DNA of 64,000 nucleotides from Escherichia coli (GTDB lineage Bacteria; Pseudomonadota; Gammaproteobacteria; Enterobacterales; Enterobacteriaceae): NCBI RefSeq assembly GCF_003790525.1, contig NZ_CP033635.1; one strand, 5' to 3'. Shown piece by piece: positions 33,330 to 45,759 of this stretch (position 1 is its first letter; each line of letters starts with the position of its first letter). The notes under the pieces were generated by a model. It saw only the letters and a program-made list of their open reading frames with translations, ran no database searches and was not told where the DNA came from. The position numbers and the translations under genes were made by a program.

Positions 33330-35435
33330 TTAGTGCGCGCCTTTCGCCTGCGCCACGATCTCCTCGACATTTTCCGGCATCGGCTCATACGGCGTTTCTT
33401 TCGCCGTTGGCTTCGGCTCTTTCAATGCCGCCAGTGCCGTCTTAATCGAGAACAGTGCCAGAACCACCACGACCACCATAAAGAAGATGGTTAACCCGGC
33501 ATCCAGACGGTTGTTGAACACCAGTTGCGCCAGCTGTGACTCGGTATACTGCGACGGAATATTGCCGCTGTCGATCATTGCCTGGAACTTGTTAGCAATC
33601 GCCAGGAAGCCGACTTTTGCATCCAGGCTAAACGCTTTCTGCCAGCCTGCGGTCAGGGTACAAATCAGCAGCCAGGCCGTTGGTACCAGCGCCACCCAGG
33701 CGTAACGTTGACGTTTCATTTTGAACAGCACCACAGCACAGAGCATCAGCGCCATCCCTGCCAGCATCTGGTTGGCAATACCAAACAGCGGCCACAGAGT
33801 GTTAATACCGCCCAGCGGATCGACCACGCCCTGATGGAGGAAGTAGCCCCACGCCAGCACGCACAGCGCCGTTGCCAGCAGGTTAGCAGGCAGTGAATCG
33901 GTCCGTTTCAGGCCCGGAGACACCACGCCCAGCAGATCCTGCAACATAAAGCGCGCAGCACGCGTACCTGCATCCACCGCCGTCAGAATAAACAGTGCTT
34001 CAAACAGAATGGCGAAGTGATACCAGAACGCCACATCCATCATGCCGCCCAGCGCACCGTGCAGAATGTAGGCCATCCCCACCGCCAGGGTCGGCGCACC
34101 GCCCGCACGGGAAATGATCGACTGTTCCCCCACTTCGCTGGCAATCTGATTTAGCGTATCCGGGGTAATCGCAAAGCCCCAGCTACTCACCACCTGCGCG
34201 GCAGAAGCGACTACATCCGCCGTCCCTGCCGGAGCCAGCACTGCCATCGGGCTGTTCATAGCGAAGTACACACCTGGATCGATGATACAGGCGGAAACCA
34301 GCGCCATAATCGCCACGAAGGATTCCATCAACATCCCACCGTAGCCGATAAAGCACGCCTGCCCTTCGTTCGCCAGCATCTTCGGTGTGGTGCCGGAAGA
34401 GATCAGCGCATGGAAGCCAGACACCGCGCCACAGGCGATGGTGATAAACAGGAACGGGAACAGGTTACCGGTCCATACCGGGCCAGTGCCATCGACAAAT
34501 TTAGTTAGCGCAGGCATGGTCAGCGTCGGGCGCATAATCAGAATGCCTACCGCCAGACCGACGATAGTCCCGATTTTCAGGAAGGTTGAGAGGTAGTCAC
34601 GCGGGGCCAGCAGCAACCACACCGGCAGCACCGCCGCCACGAAGCCGTAACCCACCAGCATCCAGGTCAGCTGCACGCCGGTAAAGTCAAAGTACGGTGC
34701 CCAGGTCGGGCTTTCTGCCACCCAGCCGCCAGAGATAATGGCGAAAATCAGGAATACCAGGCCAATCACCGACACTTCCCCAATACGCCCCGGACGCAAA
34801 TAGCGCAGGTAGATCCCCATAAACAGCGCCAGCGGAATGGTGAACGCAACGGTATACGTTCCCCACGGGCTATGAGTCAGGGCTTTCACCACGATCATCG
34901 CCAGCACGGCAAGGATAATGACCATGATCATAAAGCAGGCCACCAGCGCTATCACCCCGGCGGTTGGCCCCATCTCTTCTTTGACCAGCTCACCCAGCGA
35001 GCGACCGTCACGGCGCGTAGAAACAAACAGCACCATGAAATCCTGCACCGCACCGGCGAGAACCACCCCGGCGAGCAGCCAGATCATCCCTGGCAGGTAA
35101 CCCATTTGCGCCGCCAGTACCGGCCCCACCAGCGGGCCAGCTCCGGCAATGGCCGCAAAATGGTGACCGAACAGCACTTTCTTGTCCGTCGGCACATAGT
35201 CCAGCCCGTCGTTATGGCGCACCGCTGGCGTCATACGCGTCGGATCAACCGCCAATACATTTTTGGCGATATAAAGACCATAAAAACGGTAAGCGATCAG
35301 ATAGATACAGACCGACGCCACTACAATCCACAGCGCGTTGATCTGTTCCCCACGATTTAAAGCAATGTATCCCAGAGCAAATGCTCCCATTATAGAGAGC
35401 ACTGTCCAGACGAGGTATTTCCCTGATTTGTTCAT
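33330..35435 (-). CDS. cstA: Carbon starvation protein A (peptide/pyruvate transporter)
   Basis: 701 aa polytopic membrane protein. Confidence 0.95.
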   Translation of the reverse strand: MNKSGKYLVWTVLSIMGAFALGYIALNRGEQINALWIVVASVCIYLIAYRFYGLYIAKNVLAVDPTRMTPAVRHNDGLDYVPTDKKVLFGHHFAAIAGAGPLVGPVLAAQMGYLPGMIWLLAGVVLAGAVQDFMVLFVSTRRDGRSLGELVKEEMGPTAGVIALVACFMIMVIILAVLAMIVVKALTHSPWGTYTVAFTIPLALFMGIYLRYLRPGRIGEVSVIGLVFLIFAIISGGWVAESPTWAPYFDFTGVQLTWMLVGYGFVAAVLPVWLLLAPRDYLSTFLKIGTIVGLAVGILIMRPTLTMPALTKFVDGTGPVWTGNLFPFLFITIACGAVSGFHALISSGTTPKMLANEGQACFIGYGGMLMESFVAIMALVSACIIDPGVYFAMNSPMAVLAPAGTADVVASAAQVVSSWGFAITPDTLNQIASEVGEQSIISRAGGAPTLAVGMAYILHGALGGMMDVAFWYHFAILFEALFILTAVDAGTRAARFMLQDLLGVVSPGLKRTDSLPANLLATALCVLAWGYFLHQGVVDPLGGINTLWPLFGIANQMLAGMALMLCAVVLFKMKRQRYAWVALVPTAWLLICTLTAGWQKAFSLDAKVGFLAIANKFQAMIDSGNIPSQYTESQLAQLVFNNRLDAGLTIFFMVVVVVLALFSIKTALAALKEPKPTAKETPYEPMPENVEEIVAQAKGAH

Positions 35436-35615
35436 AGTTGTTATCCGTGTGCGTGTCCATAGAGATGTTACATTTTGTTTCTATAACATCTTTGTACAAT
35501 TTAACAACACAGCAACCATATAAATCAGAGTTAAAACCAATATTTAACTTAACAACGTTAACTCGATCACTCCGTTAACCGAATTTTCCTGCAATCTCAT
35601 TTTATTCTGTCGGGT

Positions 35616-36777
<1,162 letters not shown>

Positions 36778-36778
<1 letters not shown>

Positions 36779-37635
36779 TATTTCACCTCGCGGGAAAGTA
36801 GCTTCCACCAGGCGTCGATGGTCGGGTTTTTCGCCAGCATGACAAAGTCGATATCGCCATGCACTTTGCGCCAGCGCGCCGCCAGCGCCATCATCCGCAC
36901 CGAATCCAGACCGTAGTCGATCAGGTTGTCGTCATCGAACGGTTCATCGGACTCGTCCAGCAACGGCAGGATCACCTCACGCAGCGCCGCTTTGCTGGCG
37001 GGGATAGGTGCTGGCAGCAATTCTTCGGTCATCACCACCCGACCAGAACGTCCGGCCACATATTTCAGCGACATCAAATGCTCGTCACGGCTGAAATCGG
37101 CCAGCGCATCCGCCACCATAAACGGTTTAATATCGCGCATAAATGCGTCCGTTGCGGTGGTCATACAGCCAATGTGGGCATATACCCCGGTAATAATCAG
37201 CTGGTTACGTCCACTCTCTTTCAGCATTTGCTCCAGCGGGGAACGATGAAACGCGCTGTAGCGCCACTTCACCAACACCGTGTCGTCAGCATCTGGCGTC
37301 AGGCGATCCACCACCTTTTGCTGTTCCGGCGAACGGGTCAGGCCTGGCCCCCACATATCATTCAACAGCGCCCGATCTTCATCGCTCTGCTCTTTCGGCT
37401 GGGCGGTGTAATAAACCGGGATATTGTGCTGTTTGCAGTAGTCGCGTAGTGCCGCAATATTCGCGATCACCTGCTCCATCATCGGGCAGTTCTCACCCCA
37501 GAAGCTGACAAAATAGTCCTGCATATCATGGATTAACAACGCGGCACGTTGCGGTTCAAAGGCCCAGTCGACTTTATTCTGCGGAATATCGTGAGAATCC
37601 GGCAGTGCGTAAGCCTGTAATTTTGGAATAGCCAT
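36778..37635 (-). CDS. entB: Isochorismatase / aryl carrier protein
   Basis: 285 aa; isochorismatase domain plus C-terminal carrier domain (GLDSVRMMAL). Confidence 0.95.
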
Positions 37636-37648
37636 CGTGTTCTCTCCT

Positions 37649-39259
37649 TCAGGCTGATGTGCGTGACGCCAGCCACTGACGTAATTGTTTTTTATCGACT
37701 TTCCCGACCGCCGTCAGCGGAAGTGAATCCACACACTCCACGCGATCCGGTAATTTAAATTCGGCAATACCCTGTTCACGCAGGAAACGACGCACCTGCA
37801 CCGCGCGCAGCGGCTCTTTTACCACCAGATAAGCACAGCTTTTTTCGCCCATCAGCTCATCTTCCATGCTCACCAGTGCGGCGTAGATCACCGCCGGGTG
37901 GCGCAGCAGCAGGTTTTCGATCTCTTCGGCAGCGATCTTCTCGCCGCCACGGTTGATCTGATCTTTCTCGCGCCCCTGCACGGTGATGTAACCCTCTGGA
38001 TCAATAGAGATCAGATCGCCGGAACAGTAAAAACCGTTGGCATCAAAGGCGCTGGCATTGTGCTGCGGGCTTTTGTAATAGCCACGGAAGGTGTACGGCC
38101 CGCGCGTCATCAGGCGTCCAACTTCCCCTTGCGGCAGTGGATTTCCTTCGGCATCGGCAACCCATACTTCATCGTCCGGGCACATTGGGTAACCCTGGGT
38201 ATGGATAATTTTCTCCGCACTATCATCAAGACGGGTGTAGTTCACCAGCCCTTCCGCCATGCCAAACACCTGCTGCAACTGGCAGCCAATCTCAGCGGGA
38301 ATACGCGCCGCAAGCGTGGCAGAAAGACGTGCGCCGCCGACCTGTAACAGTTTCAGCGAGGCAAGCTGCGCCCGGCTTTCGCCTTCAGCCAGTGCCTGCA
38401 ACCACAGGCTGACTGCTGGCGGCACCAGCGCGGTGACGTTCACCTGATGTTTTTCAATCAATGGGAAGCAAAGCGTGGCGCTGGGGTCGGCAGCCAGAAC
38501 GACAGTGCCGCCAGCGAGAAAGACGCCCAGCGATCCCGGTGAACTCATGGCGTAGTTATGAGCCGCCGGGATCGCGCACAGGTAGCGCGTCTGTTGTGTG
38601 AACTGACAAATCTCGACGCTACGACGCACGCTGTAGTAGTAGTCGTTATGAGTGCGCGGGATCAGTTTCGGAGTGCCGGTGGTGCCGCCGGAAAGCTGGA
38701 AATAGGCCACTTCATCAGCAGGAGATGGCGTGGCAGTAAAATCCTCAGCCGGATGGTTAATCGCATCCTGCAAGTTATGCTCACCGCTGTCGTTGAGCAG
38801 CTGCACCACGCGAATGGAAGAATGCTCTGCAACAAATGTGTTGAGGAAATCATCTCCGCTAAACAGCGCATGCTGGCGATCGGCAATCAGTAACGCCGGT
38901 TCAATCTGGCTGGCGTAGGCGTTCAGTTCACTACGCTGATGGCTGAACAGTGCCAGCACCGGCGCAACGCCCAGTTTCAGCAGCGCGAAAAAGGTAATGT
39001 AAAGTTCAGCGACGTTACCCAGCTGTACCAGCGCGGTTTCACCAGGTTTAATGCCCTGACGGCGCAAACTACACGCGAGGTTATCCGCCGCCTGATTCAG
39101 CTCCCGATAACTCAACTGCCGCTCGCCGTCGATAACCGCGATGCTGTCGCTTGCGGCATGACGGGTCAGAATGTCGGTCAGCGGCAAATCCTGCCAGTAG
39201 CCTTTTTCCCGATAGCGACGGGCAAACTCTTCCGGCCAGCGGGTGAATGGAATGCTCAT
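37649..39259 (-). CDS. entE: 2,3-dihydroxybenzoate-AMP ligase
   Basis: 536 aa from [12 protein letters not shown]; adenylation motifs SGGTTGTPK and GYGMAE-like. Confidence 0.95.
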   Translation of the reverse strand: MSIPFTRWPEEFARRYREKGYWQDLPLTDILTRHAASDSIAVIDGERQLSYRELNQAADNLACSLRRQGIKPGETALVQLGNVAELYITFFALLKLGVAPVLALFSHQRSELNAYASQIEPALLIADRQHALFSGDDFLNTFVAEHSSIRVVQLLNDSGEHNLQDAINHPAEDFTATPSPADEVAYFQLSGGTTGTPKLIPRTHNDYYYSVRRSVEICQFTQQTRYLCAIPAAHNYAMSSPGSLGVFLAGGTVVLAADPSATLCFPLIEKHQVNVTALVPPAVSLWLQALAEGESRAQLASLKLLQVGGARLSATLAARIPAEIGCQLQQVFGMAEGLVNYTRLDDSAEKIIHTQGYPMCPDDEVWVADAEGNPLPQGEVGRLMTRGPYTFRGYYKSPQHNASAFDANGFYCSGDLISIDPEGYITVQGREKDQINRGGEKIAAEEIENLLLRHPAVIYAALVSMEDELMGEKSCAYLVVKEPLRAVQVRRFLREQGIAEFKLPDRVECVDSLPLTAVGKVDKKQLRQWLASRTSA

Positions 39260-39268
39260 CCTCACTCC

Positions 39269-40444
39269 TTAATGCAATCCAAAAACGTTCAACATGGTAG
39301 AAAGTTTGACGCCCGTTTCGCGCCACTCACCCAACGGTGACGACGCAGGCACAATCCCCGCTCCGGCAAACAGACGCACCTGATTTTCCCGCAGCTTCGC
39401 GCAGCGGATGGTCACAACCCATTCGCCGTTACCTTCGCTGTCACACCAACCCACAATGCCGCCAAACAGTTCGCGGTCGAACGGCTCCAGTTCAGCAATA
39501 ACCTGGGTCGCGGCCTGATGCGGGAAACCGCTCAGCGCGGGGGTCGGATGCAGCAGACAGGCCAGAGTCAGTGCGTTTTCTTGCGAATTCGCTTTACCTT
39601 CAAAGGGAGTTGCGAGATGCCACAGCGTCGGCGTGGTAATCAATTGTGGAGAGGAAGGAACGTTTAACTCACTGCTGCGTTCTCGCAGTACCTCTTTCAT
39701 CGCCTGAGTCACCAATTCATGTTCATGACGATCTTTTTCTGAGGCCAACAGACGATTACCCGCTTCGCGATCGAGCACTTCATCCGGCTGACGACGCGCG
39801 GAACCGGCTAACGGAATGGAGCTAAAACGCTCGCCGTCTTTACGTAGCAGCAGCTCCGGGCTGGCCCCCAGCAGAACGCCACCATCAGCCAGCGGGACAT
39901 GGAAGTTGTAACTAACCGGGTTTTGTGCAATCAACCGTTCCAGCAATACGCCACTATCAATGGCGGCGTCAGTGGTGATATCAATCAACCGTGACAACAC
40001 CACTTTGTCGACCTGCGGCGTGGCGGTAAGTGCGGCGGCGCGGGCAACCATCTGTTCAAACGTGGCTTGTTGCGGAATTGCCTGACGTTCCACCACGTTC
40101 AGCGACTGGCTGCGGGTGAAACGGCGTGCGGAAGCTTGTTTTTCCTGACGGGAGAACGACAGCCAGGATTCGGGAATATACAGCGACGAAGGCTGACGTG
40201 GATCGAAGGGAATCGCCCCGACCATCACCGGATTTTTGATGCCCTGCGCTTTGGCATCGGCAAACAACGCGGCGAGTTTTTGCTGGAAGGGACTGTCGGG
40301 CGAATCCCCGTTCACAGCCGGTTCATCGAAGCGGGCGAAACATCCTGACGTCGTAAAACTGCGGTACGGCGACATAAAGAAAAAGCGATTGGGCGCAAGT
40401 GTTGCCATGGTCTGCTGTACTTCCTCAGCCAGTGACGTATCCAT
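39269..40444 (-). CDS. entC: Isochorismate synthase
   Basis: 391 aa from [11 protein letters not shown]. Confidence 0.95.
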   Translation of the reverse strand: MDTSLAEEVQQTMATLAPNRFFFMSPYRSFTTSGCFARFDEPAVNGDSPDSPFQQKLAALFADAKAQGIKNPVMVGAIPFDPRQPSSLYIPESWLSFSRQEKQASARRFTRSQSLNVVERQAIPQQATFEQMVARAAALTATPQVDKVVLSRLIDITTDAAIDSGVLLERLIAQNPVSYNFHVPLADGGVLLGASPELLLRKDGERFSSIPLAGSARRQPDEVLDREAGNRLLASEKDRHEHELVTQAMKEVLRERSSELNVPSSPQLITTPTLWHLATPFEGKANSQENALTLACLLHPTPALSGFPHQAATQVIAELEPFDRELFGGIVGWCDSEGNGEWVVTIRCAKLRENQVRLFAGAGIVPASSPLGEWRETGVKLSTMLNVFGLH

Positions 40445-40471
40445 ATCATCCTCCACAAAATGATAAAGGCT

Positions 40472-40492
40472 TTAATAATGATTATCATTTAT
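40472..40492. promoter_or_regulatory. Fur box in the entC-fepB divergent promoter region
   Basis: aataatgattatcatttat closely matches the Fur consensus GATAATGATAATCATTATC. Confidence 0.6.
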
Positions 40493-40632
40493 ATTTTCGG
40501 TCGCTAACCTAAAAGCAAACGCGCACTATGTCAACTCTTGAGGTAACGCAATCTGCAACTCGGGGTTGCATCTGTTTGTGATTACAATGAAAATGAGAAG
40601 CATTAACTCTATTAATAACAGGAAGCTAATTT

Positions 40633-41589
40633 GTGAGACTCGCCCCGCTCTACCGCAACGCCCTTCTATTAACAGGACTTTTGCTTTCAGGAATAGTCGC
40701 AGTTCAGGCCGCCGACTGGCCGCGTCAGATTACTGACAGCCGGGGCACTCATACCCTGGAAAGCCAGCCGCAGCGTATTGTTTCCACCAGCGTCACCCTG
40801 ACTGGCTCACTGCTGGCGATTGATGCTCCGGTGATCGCCAGCGGCGCGACCACGCCGAATAACCGCGTCGCGGATGACCAGGGCTTTTTACGCCAGTGGA
40901 GCAAGGTGGCGAAAGAACGCAAACTGCAACGGCTCTATATCGGCGAACCGAGTGCAGAAGCCGTTGCCGCGCAAATGCCGGATCTGATTTTAATTAGCGC
41001 AACCGGCGGGGATTCGGCGCTGGCGCTGTACGATCAGCTTTCTACCATCGCCCCAACATTAATCATCAATTACGACGACAAAAGCTGGCAGTCGCTGTTA
41101 ACGCAGCTTGGCGAAATTACCGGGCATGAGAAACAAGCGGCAGAGCGGATTGCACAGTTTGATAAGCAACTGGCGGCGGCGAAAGAGCAAATCAAATTAC
41201 CGCCGCAGCCGGTCACTGCCATTGTCTATACCGCCGCTGCACACAGTGCCAATCTCTGGACGCCGGAATCAGCACAAGGGCAGATGCTGGAACAACTCGG
41301 CTTTACGTTGGCGAAATTGCCCGCAGGGTTAAACGCCAGCCAAAGCCAGGGCAAACGCCATGACATCATTCAGCTTGGTGGAGAAAATCTGGCTGCAGGG
41401 TTAAATGGCGAGTCACTATTCCTGTTCGCTGGTGATCAGAAAGATGCCGATGCGATTTATGCCAATCCACTGCTCGCGCACCTGCCCGCAGTACAAAACA
41501 AGCAGGTTTATGCGCTGGGAACCGAGACGTTCCGCCTGGATTACTACAGCGCCATGCAAGTGCTGGAACGACTTAAGGCGCTGTTTTAA
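40633..41589 (+). CDS. fepB: Ferric enterobactin periplasmic binding protein
   Basis: 318 aa; GTG start; signal peptide. Confidence 0.9.
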   Translation: MRLAPLYRNALLLTGLLLSGIVAVQAADWPRQITDSRGTHTLESQPQRIVSTSVTLTGSLLAIDAPVIASGATTPNNRVADDQGFLRQWSKVAKERKLQRLYIGEPSAEAVAAQMPDLILISATGGDSALALYDQLSTIAPTLIINYDDKSWQSLLTQLGEITGHEKQAAERIAQFDKQLAAAKEQIKLPPQPVTAIVYTAAAHSANLWTPESAQGQMLEQLGFTLAKLPAGLNASQSQGKRHDIIQLGGENLAAGLNGESLFLFAGDQKDADAIYANPLLAHLPAVQNKQVYALGTETFRLDYYSAMQVLERLKALF

Positions 41590-41592
41590 GCA

Positions 41593-42843
41593 TTAACTGT
41601 CGGACGCTGTCATCTGCGGCGGCGTCTGGCGAAAACGTCGCAACTCCACCAGCACCAGCAATAACAACACGCCGATAATCAACAAACCAAAACCGCTCGC
41701 GCTTGCGGAAGCAACCGGTGTCATCATCGCGCCCAAACCGCCCAGCAGCGCTGCGCCTATGGCATCGCCCGTCACGTTTTGCGCCGTCCACAAACCGTTA
41801 ATCCGCCCTAACATCGCTTCCGGGGTTTGCGTTTGCAGCATTGTATATTGCAGCAACGAACTAACCGCGCTCAACCAACCGAACAGCGCCAGGCAAACCA
41901 CGCCTAAAATCCACATCGGCATCAGGCCAAACAGACCAATGGCAAGGAACGATCCCAGCGTGGAGAGCAGCATCAATAACCCTGGTCGCGCACTATGTGC
42001 CAGCTTCCCGCTGGTTAACGCGCCAATAGCCGCGCCGAGCGGAATCGCCGCATAGAGAAAACCAATCTGTGCCGCCGACATCTGCCAGTTGTCAGCCAGC
42101 GCCGGATACAGGACCCGCACCGCGCTCGCCATCGTCAATAAACCACCCAGCAACGCAATCCCTCCCACCAGCGGGCTGGCGAGTAGAAAACGAAATCCTG
42201 CCAGTAATGATTTCAACGGATGCTCACGCGGCTGCGGCGGTGGTGGCAACGCCGGAAGGCTTAACAACGGTAGCAAGGTAATAAACGTGCCCGCCGCCGC
42301 CAGTCCGTAGTTCCAGGCTACGCCTCCGGTCGCCAGCAATAAACCGCCAATCATGGGCGAAATCACCGATCCCAGACGCACGGTCAACATGGTGATCGCC
42401 CCGGCCTGCATTAAGTTTTCACGCCCTACCAGTGCAGGTGTCGCCGCCAGTAGCGCCGTAACGCCAAGCGATGCGAAAAAACCATCCCATAAACCAAGTA
42501 AATATATTGCCAGCAATGACGGCTCCGGCAGCAGCGCGTTCAGGCACAGTCCAATGAAGCCAATGCCACAGGTGCCGCGCGCCAGCAAAATCACTTTTTT
42601 GCGCTCATAGCGATCCGCCAGCACACCGCCGACCATCAAACCGACAAACATCGCCCCGCCGGTCAGCGTCACCGAAAGCCCCACCTGCCAGGTAGAATGC
42701 GTCATCATCTGGATCTGCACCGGCACCGCGACGCCGAGCAAACCCAGAGAAACAATAGAGATAAAACGAGCGAGGAATACTGCGCGAAACGCCGGGTGCG
42801 TTTTCAACAGGCTGAGGTTAAGCAGCCAGGATTGTTTATTCAT
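41593..42843 (-). CDS. entS: Enterobactin exporter (MFS)
   Basis: 416 aa, 12-TM MFS protein. Confidence 0.9.
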   Translation of the reverse strand: MNKQSWLLNLSLLKTHPAFRAVFLARFISIVSLGLLGVAVPVQIQMMTHSTWQVGLSVTLTGGAMFVGLMVGGVLADRYERKKVILLARGTCGIGFIGLCLNALLPEPSLLAIYLLGLWDGFFASLGVTALLAATPALVGRENLMQAGAITMLTVRLGSVISPMIGGLLLATGGVAWNYGLAAAGTFITLLPLLSLPALPPPPQPREHPLKSLLAGFRFLLASPLVGGIALLGGLLTMASAVRVLYPALADNWQMSAAQIGFLYAAIPLGAAIGALTSGKLAHSARPGLLMLLSTLGSFLAIGLFGLMPMWILGVVCLALFGWLSAVSSLLQYTMLQTQTPEAMLGRINGLWTAQNVTGDAIGAALLGGLGAMMTPVASASASGFGLLIIGVLLLLVLVELRRFRQTPPQMTASDS

Positions 42844-42916
42844 TACAATGCCTTGCCATCAAATATTTTAAATACCTATTCTTAGGCTGCACATGCTAAC
42901 ATATCCAAATAAGATC

Positions 42917-42941
42917 GATAACGATAATTAATTTCATTATC
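42917..42941. promoter_or_regulatory. Fur box in the entS-fepD divergent promoter region
   Basis: gataacgataattaatttcattatc: tandem Fur hexamer repeats. Confidence 0.55.
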
Positions 42942-42953
42942 ATGGAAGTTCGT

Positions 42954-43958
42954 ATGTCTGGTTCTGTTGCCGTGACACGCGCCATTGCCGTGCCCGGATT
43001 GCTGTTATTACTGATTATCGCGACGGCATTAAGCCTGCTCATTGGAGCAAAATCACTCCCCGCTTCCGTAGTGCTGGAGGCCCTCTCCGGCACCTGCCAG
43101 AGCGCCGACTGCACCATCGTGCTCGACGCACGACTGCCGCGCACCCTTGCCGGTTTACTGGCAGGCGGTGCGCTTGGCCTTGCCGGGGCGTTAATGCAAA
43201 CCCTCACCCGAAACCCACTTGCCGATCCTGGTTTGCTTGGCGTGAACGCCGGTGCCAGTTTTGCCATTGTGCTGGGTGCGGCGCTGTTTGGTTACTCTTC
43301 CGCACAGGAACAACTGGCGATGGCCTTCGCCGGGGCGCTGGTGGCCTCGTTGATTGTTGCCTTTACCGGCAGCCAGGGCGGCGGGCAGTTAAGTCCGGTG
43401 CGTTTAACCCTGGCGGGCGTGGCGCTGGCGGCGGTGCTGGAAGGGCTGACCAGCGGCATCGCCCTGCTTAATCCTGACGTCTACGATCAACTGCGTTTCT
43501 GGCAAGCCGGTTCACTGGATATTCGTAATTTACACACCTTAAAAGTGGTGCTGATCCCGGTGCTGATCGCCGGAGCAACTGCGTTATTACTGAGCCGTGC
43601 ACTGAACAGTTTGAGCCTTGGCAGTGACACCGCGACGGCGCTGGGCAGCCGCGTGGCGCGCACACAGTTGATTGGTCTGCTGGCGATTACCGTGCTTTGT
43701 GGTAGTGCGACGGCGGTAGTTGGCCCGATTGCCTTTATTGGCCTGATGATGCCGCATATGGCGCGCTGGCTGGTAGGTGCCGATCATCGCTGGTCGCTGC
43801 CCGTCACGCTACTTGCCACCCCTGCCCTGCTGCTGTTTGCCGATATCATCGGGCGGGTGATTGTGCCCGGCGAGTTACGCGTTTCTGTGGTCAGTGCGTT
43901 TATTGGCGCACCGGTGCTGATCTTCCTCGTGCGACGTAAAACGCGAGGTGGCGCATGA
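42954..43958 (+). CDS. fepD: Ferric enterobactin ABC transporter permease
   Basis: 334 aa from MSGSVAVTRA. Confidence 0.9.
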   Translation: MSGSVAVTRAIAVPGLLLLLIIATALSLLIGAKSLPASVVLEALSGTCQSADCTIVLDARLPRTLAGLLAGGALGLAGALMQTLTRNPLADPGLLGVNAGASFAIVLGAALFGYSSAQEQLAMAFAGALVASLIVAFTGSQGGGQLSPVRLTLAGVALAAVLEGLTSGIALLNPDVYDQLRFWQAGSLDIRNLHTLKVVLIPVLIAGATALLLSRALNSLSLGSDTATALGSRVARTQLIGLLAITVLCGSATAVVGPIAFIGLMMPHMARWLVGADHRWSLPVTLLATPALLLFADIIGRVIVPGELRVSVVSAFIGAPVLIFLVRRKTRGGA

Positions 43959-44947
43959 TTTACGTCTCTCGCCGATTAATCATCACCTGTTTGCTGCTAA
44001 TTACCGCCTGTGTGGTTGCAGGTATCTGGGGATTACGCAGCGGTACCGTCACGCTGGAAACCTCGCAGGTATTCGCCGCGCTGATGGGCGATGCGCCGCG
44101 CAGTATGACGATGGTGGTCACTGAATGGCGTTTACCACGCGTGCTGATGGCGCTGTTAATTGGCGCGGCTCTGGGCGTCAGCGGCGCGATTTTTCAGTCG
44201 CTGATGCGTAACCCGCTCGGTAGCCCTGACGTAATGGGCTTTAACACCGGGGCGTGGAGCGGCGTGCTGGTGGCGATGGTGCTGTTTGGTCAGGACCTGA
44301 CGGCTATCGCGCTGGCAGCAATAGCGGGCGGCATTGTCACCTCGCTGCTGGTCTGGCTGCTTGCCTGGCGTAACGGTATCGACACCTTTCGGTTGATTAT
44401 TATTGGTATCGGCGTTCGCGCCATGCTGGTGGCCTTTAATACCTGGCTGTTGCTGAAAGCGTCTTTAGAAACGGCGCTAACAGCGGGTTTATGGAATGCC
44501 GGATCGCTCAACGGCCTGACGTGGGCAAAAACCTCGCCTTCCGCACCCATCATTATATTGATGCTAATTGCCGCCGCCTTACTGGTACGCCGGATGCGCT
44601 TGCTGGAAATGGGCGATGATACCGCGTGTGCGCTGGGCGTCAGCGTCGAACGTTCGCGGCTGTTAATGATGCTGGTCGCCGTAGTGCTTACCGCAGCTGC
44701 CACTGCCCTGGCGGGGCCGATTTCCTTTATTGCTTTAGTCGCGCCACACATTGCCCGCCGCATTAGCGGCACCGCTCGCTGGGGGCTGACCCAGGCGGCG
44801 CTGTGCGGGGCGTTGTTATTACTGGCGGCCGATCTCTGCGCCCAACAACTGTTTATGCCGTATCAACTTCCGGTTGGCGTCGTTACCGTCAGCCTCGGCG
44901 GTATTTACCTTATCGTCTTGTTAATTCAGGAGTCTCGCAAAAAATGA
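43955..44947 (+). CDS. fepG: Ferric enterobactin ABC transporter permease
   Basis: 330 aa; ATGA overlap with fepD. Confidence 0.9.
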   Translation: MIYVSRRLIITCLLLITACVVAGIWGLRSGTVTLETSQVFAALMGDAPRSMTMVVTEWRLPRVLMALLIGAALGVSGAIFQSLMRNPLGSPDVMGFNTGAWSGVLVAMVLFGQDLTAIALAAIAGGIVTSLLVWLLAWRNGIDTFRLIIIGIGVRAMLVAFNTWLLLKASLETALTAGLWNAGSLNGLTWAKTSPSAPIIILMLIAAALLVRRMRLLEMGDDTACALGVSVERSRLLMMLVAVVLTAAATALAGPISFIALVAPHIARRISGTARWGLTQAALCGALLLLAADLCAQQLFMPYQLPVGVVTVSLGGIYLIVLLIQESRKK

Positions 44948-45759
44948 CCGAATCAGTAGCCCGTTTGCGCGGCGAACAGTTAACCCTCGGATATGGCAAA
45001 TATACCGTTGCGGAGAATCTGACTGTAGAAATACCTGATGGTCACTTCACGGCAATTATCGGGCCAAATGGCTGCGGTAAATCCACTTTACTGCGTACTT
45101 TAAGCCGCCTGATGACGCCTGCTCACGGGCATGTCTGGCTGGATGGCGAGCACATTCAACATTACGCCAGTAAAGAAGTTGCCCGGCGGATTGGTCTGTT
45201 GGCGCAAAATGCTACCACGCCGGGCGATATCACCGTGCAGGAGCTGGTGGCGCGTGGGCGTTATCCGCATCAACCGCTGTTTACCCGCTGGCGGAAAGAA
45301 GATGAAGAGGCAGTCACAAAAGCGATGCAGGCCACGGGAATCACTCATCTGGCAGATCAAAGCGTGGATACCCTTTCTGGCGGACAACGCCAGCGAGCGT
45401 GGATAGCAATGGTGCTGGCCCAGGAAACGGCAATTATGCTGCTCGACGAACCCACGACCTGGCTGGATATCAGTCATCAGATTGATCTCCTGGAACTGTT
45501 AAGCGAACTGAACCGCGAGAAAGGCTATACCCTGGCGGCGGTGCTGCACGATCTTAATCAGGCCTGTCGTTACGCCAGCCATTTGATTGCATTGCGGGAA
45601 GGGAAAATTGTTGCTCAGGGAGCGCCGAAGGAGATTGTCACTGCTGAACTGATTGAGCGCATTTATGGTCTGCGCTGCATGATTATTGACGATCCGGTTG
45701 CCGGAACGCCGCTCGTGGTGCCGCTCGGACGAACGGCACCTTCAACTGCCAAGATTTAA
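44944..45759 (+). CDS. fepC: Ferric enterobactin ABC transporter ATP-binding protein
   Basis: 271 aa from MTESVARLRG; Walker A GPNGCGKST and ABC signature LSGGQRQR. Confidence 0.9.
   Translation: MTESVARLRGEQLTLGYGKYTVAENLTVEIPDGHFTAIIGPNGCGKSTLLRTLSRLMTPAHGHVWLDGEHIQHYASKEVARRIGLLAQNATTPGDITVQELVARGRYPHQPLFTRWRKEDEEAVTKAMQATGITHLADQSVDTLSGGQRQRAWIAMVLAQETAIMLLDEPTTWLDISHQIDLLELLSELNREKGYTLAAVLHDLNQACRYASHLIALREGKIVAQGAPKEIVTAELIERIYGLRCMIIDDPVAGTPLVVPLGRTAPSTAKI

Noticed and set aside
36859-37449. 196-aa plus-strand ORF antisense to entB
   Set aside because: Shadow ORF within entB
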